Part shown: one piece after another, positions 1-9,282 of the stretch | How the letters are laid out: each line of letters starts with the position of its first letter | How positions within the stretch are numbered: the first letter of the stretch is position 1 | Origin: an uncultured Chloroflexia bacterium | GTDB taxonomy: Bacteria; Chloroflexota; Limnocylindria; Limnocylindrales; CSP1-4 | NCBI GenBank assembly: GCA_963809045.1 | Contig: CAWEHW010000004.1 | Coordinates: 2,007,594-2,071,593 of the forward strand | Direction: 5' to 3' | DNA length: 64,000 bases | The notes under the pieces: generated by a model | Database searches by the model: none | Seen by the model: only the letters and a program-made list of their open reading frames with translations | What the model was told of the DNA's origin: nothing | Position numbers and translations under genes: made by a program

Positions 1-259
1 TGGCAAACGAGCCGTCGGCGATCGCCGCGTCGATCCTCGGCAGGTCCTGGAGCACCGGCCTGCCCGCGCCGAGGTTCAGGTGCCCCACCTCGGAATTGCC
101 CATCTGACCGGGTGGCAGCCCGACGGCGTCCTCGGAGGCGCGGAGGATCGAGTGGGGCCAGTCGCGCACGAGACCGCGCCACGCCGGCATCGGTGCCGCG
201 GCTATCGCATCGGTCGAGGGGTCCCCACCGATCCCGAACCCGTCGAGCACGACCAGCAC
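1..259 (-). CDS. gpmI: 2,3-bisphosphoglycerate-independent phosphoglycerate mutase, N-terminal fragment (gene continues beyond window start)
   Basis: Minus-strand translation of 1..259 gives ...IVLVVLDGFGIGGDPSTDAIAAAPMPAWRGLVRDWPHSILRASEDAVGLPPGQMGNSEVGHLNLGAGRPVLQDL..., the iPGM N-terminal signature (VLDGxG ... GQMGNSEVGHLNxGAGR). No ATG is present, so I assume a GTG start at 259. The gene lies directly downstream of tpiA. It is absent from the ORF track because the window edge leaves it without a stop. Confidence 0.7.
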   Translation of the reverse strand, partial: MLVVLDGFGIGGDPSTDAIAAAPMPAWRGLVRDWPHSILRASEDAVGLPPGQMGNSEVGHLNLGAGRPVLQDLPRIDAAIADGSFA

Positions 260-297
260 GATCGGTCTCGGTCGAGTCGACGCTGGATCCCTTACGG

Positions 298-1101
298 TCA
301 ACCCGCCATCCCGCGGGCGGCAGCCGTCACGCCCGCCCTGGCGACGATCCCGGCCATCTCGTCGGGCTTGAGCGAAGCACCCCCTACCAGCGCGCCATCG
401 ATCGACGGCTCCGCCATGAACTCGCCGATCGCGGCGGACGTGACGCTCCCCCCGTACAGCACCGGCGTCGACTCGGCGCGTTGCGGGAAGCCCAGGTCGG
501 CGAGGGTTTCGCGGATCAACCCGGCCATCGCCGCGGCGTCCGCTCCGGTTGCCGTTCGGCCGGTCCCGATGGCCCAGACGGGTTCGTATGCGATCACCAG
601 GCCAATCGCCACCATCGCCGCCGGGTCGAGCTCGGCCAGGGCGCCTCGGAGCTGGCTCCGCACGACGTCGCCCTCCCGGCCCGCTTCACGGTCGGCGAGC
701 TGCTCGCCGACACACAGGATCGGACGCAGGCCGGCATCGACCGCGCGGCGGAGCTTCCTCGCGATCAGCTCGTCGGTTTCGCCGGCGTCGCGTCGGCGTT
801 CGGAGTGTCCGATGATCACCCATGACGCCAGCCCGGCCAGCATCGTGGCGGAGACCTCGCCCGTGTAGGCGCCCTGGAGCTCGTGGTGGACGTTCTGGGC
901 TCCGATGCCCACGTCCGGGTCGAGCTCGGCGAGGGCGCCGCCGACGATCGCCAGGCTGACGAACGGGGGACAGATGACGCGCGTCACGCCGGACACGCGG
1001 GTTCGAGCGGCGATCGCTCGCGCGAGCTCGCCGGCCTCGGCGGGTGTCGTGTGCATCTTCCAGTTCGCGGCCACGATCACGTCGCGCATCGGAAGAATCA
1101 T
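298..1101 (-). CDS. tpiA: triosephosphate isomerase
   Basis: Carries the AANWKMH, IIGHSERR and YEPVWAIGTG motifs. It is 267 aa, typical for TIM. Confidence 0.95.
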   Translation of the reverse strand: MILPMRDVIVAANWKMHTTPAEAGELARAIAARTRVSGVTRVICPPFVSLAIVGGALAELDPDVGIGAQNVHHELQGAYTGEVSATMLAGLASWVIIGHSERRRDAGETDELIARKLRRAVDAGLRPILCVGEQLADREAGREGDVVRSQLRGALAELDPAAMVAIGLVIAYEPVWAIGTGRTATGADAAAMAGLIRETLADLGFPQRAESTPVLYGGSVTSAAIGEFMAEPSIDGALVGGASLKPDEMAGIVARAGVTAAARGMAG

Positions 1102-1955
1102 GCCAGAGCGGGACGCCGTTGACGCCCGGCGGCACGGTCGTTCCCGCTCACCCGAGGTCGGTACGGCCGTGCTGTCGGACTGCGCGGCGAATCCTCGTCC
1201 ATCGCGAGTCGCTCCAGTCGCTCGAGCGCGCGCTGGACCGCCGACCGATGGGCACCGAGCCGCTCGGCGAGGTCCGCGAGGCTCGCCTCGGGCGTCTCGC
1301 GCCTGGCATCGGCCACCCGACGGGTCACCGGGGACTGCTGGGCCAGCCGCCCGTCGGCGTCGAGCACGGCGATGGCATCGAGCTGGCGGCCCGCGGCGCT
1401 GACCGCGCGCTGCAGGTTCGCCGATTCGGCGTTGAGCACCCGGTTGAGCTCACCGCGCAACGCGCGTGAGACCTGCCGTGCTTCGAGTTCGAGGAGCGTC
1501 CCCGCCGCCCCGAGACGTCGGAAGAACGTCCCGACCGCATCGCCGCTCTTTGACGTCACCACGCCGCGACCCCGGCGGATCCGCCACGATGCGGGCAGGC
1601 CAAACTCGCCGAGACGCCCGGTGAGCCCTGGGGCCTCCTCCGGCGCGACCACGAACTCGAGATGGGTCCGGCCACCCGCCAGGCTGAGCGAGCCGCGGGC
1701 GAGGAACCGCCCGCGGAGCCACGCGGCGCGGCAATGGTCGGCGGCCGCGAGCCAGTCGAACGACGCCGGACTCGTCGGCTTGCCGTCGCCACCCCGACGG
1801 AGCCTCACGTTCAGGCGGGCGATGGAGGCGACCCGACCGACCGCGCCCGGGCCGAGACCCGCGGCCTCGGCCAGCCTGTCGCACGTGCGCGACGGATCCA
1901 CCGCCGCCAACTCGCCGCGGAGAGCGGTGACCAGGTCGCGTTCGGCCCGGCTCAC
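1098..1955 (-). CDS. whiA: sporulation/cell-division transcriptional regulator WhiA (LAGLIDADG-like domain plus C-terminal HTH)
   Basis: A C-terminal HTH (SLADLAERLGAHRSAVQRALERLERL) and a position downstream of rapZ-yvcK, as in Gram-positive bacteria. The longest ORF reaches 2090 but would overlap yvcK by about 120 nt. A GTG at 1955 aligns with the WhiA N-terminus (VTALRGELAAV...) and sits 13 nt after the yvcK stop. The start is uncertain within 1955..2090. The stop overlaps the tpiA start by 4 nt. Confidence 0.85.
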   Translation of the reverse strand: MSRAERDLVTALRGELAAVDPSRTCDRLAEAAGLGPGAVGRVASIARLNVRLRRGGDGKPTSPASFDWLAAADHCRAAWLRGRFLARGSLSLAGGRTHLEFVVAPEEAPGLTGRLGEFGLPASWRIRRGRGVVTSKSGDAVGTFFRRLGAAGTLLELEARQVSRALRGELNRVLNAESANLQRAVSAAGRQLDAIAVLDADGRLAQQSPVTRRVADARRETPEASLADLAERLGAHRSAVQRALERLERLAMDEDSPRSPTARPYRPRVSGNDRAAGRQRRPALA

Positions 1956-1968
1956 CCGGCGAGCCGAC

Positions 1969-3258
1969 TCACGCGGTGCGGCCCACCGACCGGCGGCGCA
2001 GTCGTGGCTCGCGCTCGAAGGCGCGGAGGACGCCCGCGGCAAGCCGACCCGGGTCGTGATGATGGGCGTTGTCGGGATCGACCACGTCATCGAGGACGAG
2101 CCGAGGAAGCGGTCGGAGGTCGGGCGGCCAGCGCAGCCGAACCGGCTCGGCCGGCCAATCGGCGGGTGTTTTCGCCGCGAAGGCGTTGTTGGCCAGGACC
2201 GTGTCGACGATCCCGGGGCTGGTATGGCCGGTCAGGACCTCGAGGTGCCGCGCCAGGTCGAACCCTGCCGTCTCGCCGACCTGCGTGGCCACGTTGCAGA
2301 CGAACATCCGCGGCGCTTCGGATGCCATGACGGCGTCGCGAATGGCCGGGATGAGGAGGCTCGGCAGGATGCTGGTGTAGAGGCTGCCGGGACCCAGCAC
2401 GACAAGATCCGCGTCTGCGATCGCCGCAACGGCCTCTTCGGATGCGGCCACGTCGGCCGGGGTCAGCCAGACGCGATCGATGCCAGGGGTCCGCATGATC
2501 AGGGATTGCCCGTCGACGACCGTCCCGTCGTGCAGTCGGGCGTGCAGCGTCAGCGGCGTGCCCGAAACGGGCAGGACCCGGCCACGGACGGCGAGGATCC
2601 GGTTCATCGCCCGGACGCCATCCTCGAAGTCGCCGCCCTCGACCTGGGTCACCGCCGCGATCAGGAGGTTGCCGAGGGCGTGACCGGCCAGGCCCTGGTC
2701 GCCGTCCGCCCCCTCGGGGAAGCGGTACTGGAGGACGTCGGTCATCAGGGGCTCGGCGTCGGCCAGGGCCGCGATGCAGTTGCGGATGTCGCCCACCGGC
2801 GGGATCCCCAGACCGGTCCGGAGAACGCCCGAGGATCCGCCGTCGTCCGCGACGGTGACGATGGCCGTCAGGTTGCTGGTGTGTTCCTTGAGGCCGCGGA
2901 GCAGCGTCGACAGCCCTGTGCCACCGCCGATCGCCACGATCCGGGGCCCCTTGGCGAGGAACCGCTTCTGGTAGATCAACTCGACCAGCGGCTGGTTGTC
3001 ACCGTCGCGCTGGAGAGGATCCATCAGGGCGCGGATCGTCCGGTACGCCCCGAACCCCACGAGCGCGAGCCCCACCACCGCCGCGATCAGCCCGCGCATG
3101 GCGAACGGCAGGAATTGCAGCGTCAGGACGTCGATGAGGATCCCGGCGGGGCCGGAAGGCTCCAGGTCGCGACCCACCTGGCGCAGGAAATGGGCGAACG
3201 CCATGGACAGCACCAGGAGGCCGGCGAACGTGACCAGCAGCCAGCGCTTGATCCCCAT
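1969..3258 (-). CDS. yvcK: gluconeogenesis factor YvcK/CuvA (UPF0052, CofD-like 2-phospho-L-lactate transferase fold) with N-terminal two-helix membrane extension
   Basis: IVAIGGGTGLSTLLRGLK...TAIVTVADDGGSSG is the YvcK/CofD signature. Two predicted TM helices (WLLVTFAGLLVLSMAF and LIAAVVGLALVGFGAY) precede the domain. The longest ORF (476 aa) reaches 3399. I chose the ATG at 3258 (MGIKRW), but the start is uncertain. Confidence 0.85.
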   Translation of the reverse strand: MGIKRWLLVTFAGLLVLSMAFAHFLRQVGRDLEPSGPAGILIDVLTLQFLPFAMRGLIAAVVGLALVGFGAYRTIRALMDPLQRDGDNQPLVELIYQKRFLAKGPRIVAIGGGTGLSTLLRGLKEHTSNLTAIVTVADDGGSSGVLRTGLGIPPVGDIRNCIAALADAEPLMTDVLQYRFPEGADGDQGLAGHALGNLLIAAVTQVEGGDFEDGVRAMNRILAVRGRVLPVSGTPLTLHARLHDGTVVDGQSLIMRTPGIDRVWLTPADVAASEEAVAAIADADLVVLGPGSLYTSILPSLLIPAIRDAVMASEAPRMFVCNVATQVGETAGFDLARHLEVLTGHTSPGIVDTVLANNAFAAKTPADWPAEPVRLRWPPDLRPLPRLVLDDVVDPDNAHHHDPGRLAAGVLRAFEREPRLRRRSVGRTA

Positions 3259-3284
3259 GCCCGGCGCGAGCCAGCGTCGGAGGT

Positions 3285-4190
3285 TCACGACCGGTCGAGC
3301 TCCCGGTGGAAGACGGCGACCGGGCCGAAATCCTGGTCCCGCAACCAGGACGCGAGCTCCTCGCCGATGACGATCGACCGGTGGTACCCGCCGGTGCACC
3401 CGAGCCCGATCGTCAGGCGCGTCTTGCCCTCGGCGATGTACGCCGGAATGGTGAACGTCAGGAACCGCTTGATGAAGTCGAGGAACTCCGTCGCCACCGC
3501 CTGGCCAAGCACGAAGGCCCGAACCTCGTCGGTCAGGCCCGACTGGCGCCGCAGCTCGGCGACGTAGTACGGGTTCTGCATGAACCGGACGTCGAACACG
3601 AGGTCCGCCTCGAGCGGGATGCCGTACTTGTACCCGAAGCTGATGATCTGGATCGACAGCTGGTCGGCCCGGACCTCGGAAGCCAGCTGGGCGAACAGCC
3701 GTTCCCGGAGCTGGCGCAACGACAGCTCCGAGGTGTCCAGGACGAGGTCGGACTCGGCGCGGACGGGCTCCAGGATGCGTCGCTCCTCTGAGATCGAGGT
3801 GGCGATTCCGTGCTCGTCCCCCAGCGGATGCCGGTGGCGCGTTTCGCTGAACCGGCGGATCAGGACGTCGTCGCTCGCTTCGAGGAAGACCACGCGGGGC
3901 CTGATCCCGCGGCCCTCGAGGGCGCCGCGCATGGCCGCCAGGGCGAGCGTGGCATCGCCCGCTCGGACGTCGAGGACAATCGCGATGTGGGCGAACCGCT
4001 GACGGTCGGCCGATACGAGCTCGGCCAGGTCCGGCAGCAGCTCGCCGGGCAGGTTGTCGACAACCGTGTACCCGAGGTCCTCGAACAGCTTGGCGGCCGC
4101 CGTTTTTCCTCCGCCCGACAGGCCCGTCAGGATCACGACCGTCGGCGCCGCGATAGCACCGGCCTCCCGCGCGTCGGCCGGTCCGGTCAC
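3285..4190 (-). CDS. rapZ: RNase adapter protein RapZ (YvcJ, P-loop NTPase)
   Basis: A Walker A motif (VVILTGLSGGGKTAAAK) and a length and position upstream of yvcK-whiA that match RapZ. The GTG start overlaps the tatC stop in a GTGA junction. Confidence 0.9.
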   Translation of the reverse strand: MTGPADAREAGAIAAPTVVILTGLSGGGKTAAAKLFEDLGYTVVDNLPGELLPDLAELVSADRQRFAHIAIVLDVRAGDATLALAAMRGALEGRGIRPRVVFLEASDDVLIRRFSETRHRHPLGDEHGIATSISEERRILEPVRAESDLVLDTSELSLRQLRERLFAQLASEVRADQLSIQIISFGYKYGIPLEADLVFDVRFMQNPYYVAELRRQSGLTDEVRAFVLGQAVATEFLDFIKRFLTFTIPAYIAEGKTRLTIGLGCTGGYHRSIVIGEELASWLRDQDFGPVAVFHRELDRS

Positions 4191-4975
4191 CGTCCGCTGC
4201 GCCTGATGAACAGGACGGTCAGCTCGAACAGGAGGTACATCGTCCCGCCCAGGACGAACGGGCTCACGAGGTCTCCGCCGGGTGTCGCGACGGCCGAGAA
4301 GATGGCGATCCCGAGGATGACGAACCGACGCGCGGCGGCCAGCCGCTGGGAGGTCAGGATGCCGACGCGCGACAGGCCGACAAGGAGGATCGGGAACTCC
4401 ATCACCAATCCGAACGCCAGGAACATCGTGGTCACGAAGTCGAAATAGGGGCCGGCCGTGATGAGCGCCTGGAGGTCAGCGGATTCGAAGCTGATGAGGA
4501 ACCCGGCGGCATATGGCAGCACGATCCAGGCGATCCCGACGCCTAGCGCGAAGAAGAACAGGGCGACCGGGATCCACGGCCGGGCGGCCCGACGTTCAGG
4601 GGGTGTCAGGCCGGGCGAGATGAACGCCCAGAGCTGGTACAGGAGCACCGGCATCGCCAGGATGACCCCGATCACGATCGCGATCTTGACCTTGATCACG
4701 AATGCGTCACCGAGACCGGTAAAGAAGAGCGGCTGATCGGTCGGGATGGCCGATCGCAGGATCGTGATCGCCTGGTCGGAAACCGCGAAACCAAGCACCG
4801 CGCCGACCGCGACCGCCAGGATCGAGCGGAACAGGCGGGTTCGCAGCTCGCCGAGATGGTCGACCAGCGACATGACCGACCCGTCCTTGGGCGCGGTCAC
4901 GGGCGGAGTCGGGGTGCTGGAGCCTTCGGGAAGCGCGGGGACGCCGGCCTCGCGCAACGCGTCCGCGTCAGCCAT
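4187..4975 (-). CDS. tatC: twin-arginine translocase subunit TatC
   Basis: A polytopic membrane protein with the TatC N-terminal motif (LVDHLGELRTRL) and six hydrophobic segments. An alternative start lies at the internal ATG at 4873. Confidence 0.9.
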   Translation of the reverse strand: MADADALREAGVPALPEGSSTPTPPVTAPKDGSVMSLVDHLGELRTRLFRSILAVAVGAVLGFAVSDQAITILRSAIPTDQPLFFTGLGDAFVIKVKIAIVIGVILAMPVLLYQLWAFISPGLTPPERRAARPWIPVALFFFALGVGIAWIVLPYAAGFLISFESADLQALITAGPYFDFVTTMFLAFGLVMEFPILLVGLSRVGILTSQRLAAARRFVILGIAIFSAVATPGGDLVSPFVLGGTMYLLFELTVLFIRRSGR

Positions 4976-4996
4976 GGTCGGCGGATGGCGCTTCGG

Positions 4997-5295
4997 CTAT
5001 TTCGGGACCGGGTTCGGATCGCCCGACGAGCCCGACACCACGGGCTCACCGGTGTCCGCCGCGGCGGGTGCGGGCGGCGGGATCGGGACGGCCGGGACCG
5101 CGCTCGATGGGGGCGGCAGCGGCGAGGTGTCGACGTTGACCTTGACCGCGTCCTGGACGTCGGACGACGCCTTCCGGAATTCGCGGATGCTCTTGCCCAG
5201 GGCAGAGCCAACATCGGGCAGCCTGCCGGGGCCTAGGATGAGCAGCGCGATCACGAGGATGATCACCAGCTCGAGGGGTCCGGGAGTCGGCATGG
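4997..5295 (-). CDS. tatA: twin-arginine translocase protein TatA/E
   Basis: MPTPGPLELVIILVIALLILGPGRLPDVGSALGKSIREFRKA is the canonical TatA TM helix plus amphipathic helix. I took the start at the internal ATG of the longer ORF (ORF track 4997..5596). Confidence 0.85.
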
Positions 5296-5372
5296 TTCGT
5301 GCGTGCTCCTGCGGGAGAGTGACAACGGTCCGCGGCGTCAGCGGTGACGTCCGCGAACGTCTGGCGCGGCGG

Positions 5373-6248
5373 CTAGGGTAGCACAGGGAGCCGCGCCGCC
5401 CAGTCACGGGCCGCGGCCGCAAGGCGTGCTTCGACGGTGTTCGCGACACCCGCCGGCGGTGGCTCCAGGGCCGAGCCGGCGATGCCTCGCGACACGTTGA
5501 CCAGGAGGGCGCCGCCCGCCTGCGCGCCGCCATCCGCACCTCGCGACGGCCCGTGGCGAAGGACCGCGTCGACGTCGCCGCCCTGGGTCCCGACACCGGG
5601 GATCAGGAACGGCAAGGCGGGCACGGCGGCGCGGATCTGCGACAACTCATCGGGGGCGGTGGCGCCGACCACCAAGCCGACCGTTCCACCCGGACCCCAT
5701 GCCGCAACGCGGCGGGCCACGCGCAGGTACAACGGCTCCTGCGGCGCGCCGGTCGCCGGGTCCGCCTCGATGGTGAGGCCCTGCAGCTCGGCCGCGCCCG
5801 GGTTCGACGTCCGGCACAGCACATAGGCGAACCCGTCCGGCCGAACGAAGAACGGCTCGAGGCCCTCCGCCCCGACATACGGACTGACCGTCACGGCATC
5901 GGCCCCGAGGACGTCGAACAACGCGATCGCCTGTCGCGCAGCCGTCGTGCTGATGTCACCGCGCTTCGCGTCGGCCACGACAGGGAGATCCGACGGGATC
6001 CTCGACCGGATCCGCTCGAGAGCGGCCATCCCGGCTGCTCCGAACGCCTCGAAGAATGCAAGGTTCGGCTTGATGGCCGCGGCATACGGCAACGTGGCCT
6101 CGACGAGGATCGTGGCGAACCGCTCGATCCCGGCCAGGTCACGCGAGAAGCCCTCCGGAAGGCGTTCAGGATCAGGGTCGATCCCGACGCACAGGACGGT
6201 CCCCACGGCCGCCGAGCGCTGCACGAGGCGCTCGAGGTAGGCAGTCAC
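5373..6248 (-). CDS. pyrF: orotidine 5'-phosphate decarboxylase (type 2, long form)
   Basis: Carries the VLCVGIDP, IKPNLAFFEA, DAKRGDI and IPGVGTQGG motifs. The GTG start at 6248 overlaps the stop of the upstream TolB-like gene (GTGA). Confidence 0.85.
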   Translation of the reverse strand: MTAYLERLVQRSAAVGTVLCVGIDPDPERLPEGFSRDLAGIERFATILVEATLPYAAAIKPNLAFFEAFGAAGMAALERIRSRIPSDLPVVADAKRGDISTTAARQAIALFDVLGADAVTVSPYVGAEGLEPFFVRPDGFAYVLCRTSNPGAAELQGLTIEADPATGAPQEPLYLRVARRVAAWGPGGTVGLVVGATAPDELSQIRAAVPALPFLIPGVGTQGGDVDAVLRHGPSRGADGGAQAGGALLVNVSRGIAGSALEPPPAGVANTVEARLAAAARDWAARLPVLP

Positions 6249-7465
6249 GGGGTGGCGGATCCGCCGGCACTGGGCGCGGCGCTCGGCGCGACGCTCGGTT
6301 CCGGCGTTGCCGGGAGGTCCTCGGGCGCCACGTACCAGTCGGGCCGCGACCCACCGTCCAGGCCTGAAACCTGGGTCAGGTCGACGGTCTCCCCGATCGT
6401 CCAACCCGGTGCGGTCCCGGTGAGCGTGGTCATCTTGAGATCGACGATGAGTCCCTCGCTGTGCAGGAACGCGATCGCATCGCCCGCCGGCGACCAGACG
6501 GGCGCCCACGACCGGCCGTCATCGGTGATCCGGAGGAGCTCGCGACCGTGCGCCGCATCGAGGATCACGACGTCGTTGCCGAAGGCGGTCGTCCGTGTCG
6601 CCGCAATGTACCGGCCATCCGGCGAGTACCGGGGCTCGAGATAGCCGGGTCCCGTGATCGGGATGGCTTCAGCGTCCCCGACACTCCAGCGGTAGACGAC
6701 GGGCGCGCCGCGCGAGCCGGACCGCCCGTTGGCGACATAGAGGAGGTATCGCCCGTCGAACCGCCATGACGGATCCTGATGGCCAAGCGGCACGTTCTCC
6801 GGGACGTCGGGCACCGTGCGCTCCTCGGTCGCGAGGTCGTAGAACTGGAGCACCGCATCGCGCTCGGTCGGATCGGGCCCATCCGAGATCATCGCCACCG
6901 TTGACCCGTCCGCCGAGAGGTCCGGCTGCCGGATCCAGTAGAACCACGATCGATCGTCGCGTCGAATACGGCCGGTCAGAAGCGTTTCCGGATCGTCCGA
7001 GCCGGAAACGCTCACGCCCATGAGTGCCGGAACGTCCATCCGGTAGTGGCGGTTGACCCCCTGGGCCGGCCAGAGACCCTGCTCCTCGGTGGTCCGGACG
7101 AACAGGACGCTCTGCCCATCGGGCGCCCAGGCGGGCATCGAGTCCCGCCCGCCGCTCGTCAGCTGCCGCGCATCGCCGCCACGTTGGACCCAGATGTTGC
7201 CGGCTTTCGCGTAGACGATGCTGCCGGGAAACGTGACCTCCGGCACGACCACAACGTTCGATGGAGCGGGGGTCCGGTTGGCGATGCCGCCCGGGCCACC
7301 GGATCCGCCGAGGAACGGGACGGACCCGTTCAACACGCTGAGCGTCAGCCACCCGACGATCAACAGGCCGACGACCGACAATCCGGGCGCCAACCAGGAA
7401 CGATCCGGCAGCAACCCGTACGGGTCGCGCGCGCGCGACGCTCGCCGGGCGGTCGAACGGCTCAC
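6245..7465 (-). CDS. membrane-anchored TolB-like beta-propeller (PD40/WD40-like repeat) protein
   Basis: An N-terminal TM helix (LSVVGLLIVGWLTLSVL) followed by repeated SPDG/APDG beta-propeller blade motifs (YSPDGRYIA, WSPAGDAIAF). A GTGA overlap with recJ lies upstream and with pyrF downstream. Confidence 0.75.
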   Translation of the reverse strand: MSRSTARRASRARDPYGLLPDRSWLAPGLSVVGLLIVGWLTLSVLNGSVPFLGGSGGPGGIANRTPAPSNVVVVPEVTFPGSIVYAKAGNIWVQRGGDARQLTSGGRDSMPAWAPDGQSVLFVRTTEEQGLWPAQGVNRHYRMDVPALMGVSVSGSDDPETLLTGRIRRDDRSWFYWIRQPDLSADGSTVAMISDGPDPTERDAVLQFYDLATEERTVPDVPENVPLGHQDPSWRFDGRYLLYVANGRSGSRGAPVVYRWSVGDAEAIPITGPGYLEPRYSPDGRYIAATRTTAFGNDVVILDAAHGRELLRITDDGRSWAPVWSPAGDAIAFLHSEGLIVDLKMTTLTGTAPGWTIGETVDLTQVSGLDGGSRPDWYVAPEDLPATPEPSVAPSAAPSAGGSATP

Positions 7466-9225
7466 CCGGCGACGGCCGCAGCGTGCGCCATCGCCACGGG
7501 TCCATCAAGGATCATCGCCGCCTCGACATGGCTTCCCGAGGTCGCGACGTCGCGGATGTCGAGTTGAAGCGATTCGAACCCCCCGAACACCCGGCTCGTC
7601 AGGCGCGCGACGACGTCAACACGATCGCCTTCCTGCACGACCTGGGCGATGTCCGATCGACCGAACGCAATGCCGTCCAGCACGTCCAGCCGCCGTCGGA
7701 GCGTGAGCTGGCTGTGCCCGCCGGCCGCCTCCCGGACCCTGGTCACGGTCAACCCCAGCACGGCCACCAGCGGATCCGGGTTCCCGGGACCGCACGGCGC
7801 AAGACCGCTCAGCTCGCGGAACAGCGCGTAGTCGACATCGAGGGCGGGTAACGCCAGGTCGATGGCCACGGAGCTACGCGGATCTGGCGGCGCCGATTCC
7901 GCGGCGATCGCGAGAAAACGCTCCTCGAACGAGGACCAGCGATCGCCGTCGATCTCGAAACCCGCCGCGCCGGCGTGGCCGCCGTAGCGGACGAACAGGT
8001 CCCGGCAGCGCTCGAGGGAGGCCCCGAGGTCGAGGCTGCCGTCGCTCCTGCAGGACGCTCGGATCACACTCCCGACCTCGGCCCCCACGACCGCCGGGCG
8101 GCCGCGGTCTTCGACGAGCCTGGACGCGACGAGCCCGACGATCCCGACCGGCCACGGTCCACGGACGATGCTGGCGGCGCCACTCGTCCCGGCAAGTCGC
8201 TCGCGGGCTTCGCCGATCACCGTCTTTGTGAGGTCGCGGCGGGCCAGGTTGGCGGTCTCGAGCGCATCGGCGTGAAGGGCTGCCTCGGCAGGATCCTCGG
8301 CCAGCAGGAGCTGCGCCGCCTGCATCGCTTCGCCCATCCGCCCGGCCGCGTTGAGTCGCGGCGCGAGCGAGAACGACACCGTTTCGAGATCGATGGCCGC
8401 CGGCGCAATCCTGGCCCGCTCGAGGAGGGCGGCCACTCCGGGCCGTGGTCGCTCCCGCAGGCGCTCGAGACCGATCCGGGCGATTGCCCGGTTTTCGCCG
8501 ACGATCGGTGCGAGATCCGCGACCGTCCCGATCGTCGCGAGGTCGGCCAGCTCGAGGGCGGCGGCCGGGCCGCCGTCGACCTCGGCGAGGAGGAGCTGGG
8601 CGATCTTGAACGCGACGCCACTCCCGGCCAGACGTGTATCCGGATAGGTCGAATCCGCACGATGGGGGTTGACGACCGCAAGCGCCGGCGGGAGCACCGG
8701 CGGGACCCGGTGATGGTCGGTCACGATGACGTCCAGCCCGCGCTCGTTCGCTGCGGCGATCTCCACCGCGCTCGACGTACCGCAGTCGACCGTCACGATG
8801 ACCGTCGCGCCGGAGGCAATCGCCGAGTCGATGGCGGCGAGTGACAAGCCGTGTCCTTCGTCCAGGCGGCTGGGTACGTAGGGCACGACGGCCAGCCCGA
8901 ACTGCCGCATGGCGAGGGCCAGGATGGCCAGCCCGGTCAGGCCGTCCGCATCGAAGTCGCCAAAGACCTGGACCAGCTCGCCTGCATCACGGGCTCGACG
9001 CAACCGGGACAGCAGGATTCCGGCATCCGGAAGCCGGTTCGGGTCGTGGAGGCCCGCCAGCGGCGCCGCGAACCATGCGCCGAGTTCCTGCACCGAGCCG
9101 ACCCCACGCCGCGCCAGGACGCCCGCGAGTCGGTCGGAGATGTTGTGCGCCGATGCAGCGGCTGCGAAGTCCGGGGAAAGCCCGACCGTCTCGGGAAAGA
9201 TCCAGCGGAAACGGGCCTCGACCAT
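7462..9225 (-). CDS. recJ: single-stranded-DNA-specific exonuclease RecJ
   Basis: DHH family motifs (DFDADGLTG, IVTVDCG, IVTDHH) and a DHHA1 region. It is 587 aa. Confidence 0.9.
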   Translation of the reverse strand: MVEARFRWIFPETVGLSPDFAAAASAHNISDRLAGVLARRGVGSVQELGAWFAAPLAGLHDPNRLPDAGILLSRLRRARDAGELVQVFGDFDADGLTGLAILALAMRQFGLAVVPYVPSRLDEGHGLSLAAIDSAIASGATVIVTVDCGTSSAVEIAAANERGLDVIVTDHHRVPPVLPPALAVVNPHRADSTYPDTRLAGSGVAFKIAQLLLAEVDGGPAAALELADLATIGTVADLAPIVGENRAIARIGLERLRERPRPGVAALLERARIAPAAIDLETVSFSLAPRLNAAGRMGEAMQAAQLLLAEDPAEAALHADALETANLARRDLTKTVIGEARERLAGTSGAASIVRGPWPVGIVGLVASRLVEDRGRPAVVGAEVGSVIRASCRSDGSLDLGASLERCRDLFVRYGGHAGAAGFEIDGDRWSSFEERFLAIAAESAPPDPRSSVAIDLALPALDVDYALFRELSGLAPCGPGNPDPLVAVLGLTVTRVREAAGGHSQLTLRRRLDVLDGIAFGRSDIAQVVQEGDRVDVVARLTSRVFGGFESLQLDIRDVATSGSHVEAAMILDGPVAMAHAAAVAG

Positions 9226-9282
9226 GCCGCTCAGGATGCCACGGGCCGCTTCACCGCGGATTGTCGACCGATGTCGCCGATC

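Noticed and set aside
3693-3704. Third GAAC-N4-GTTC occurrence (GAACAGCCGTTC) inside the rapZ coding sequence
   Set aside because: It is intragenic, its spacer (AGCC) does not fit the RNRY pattern of the uvrA and uvrB sites, and about one such core is expected by chance in 64 kb.
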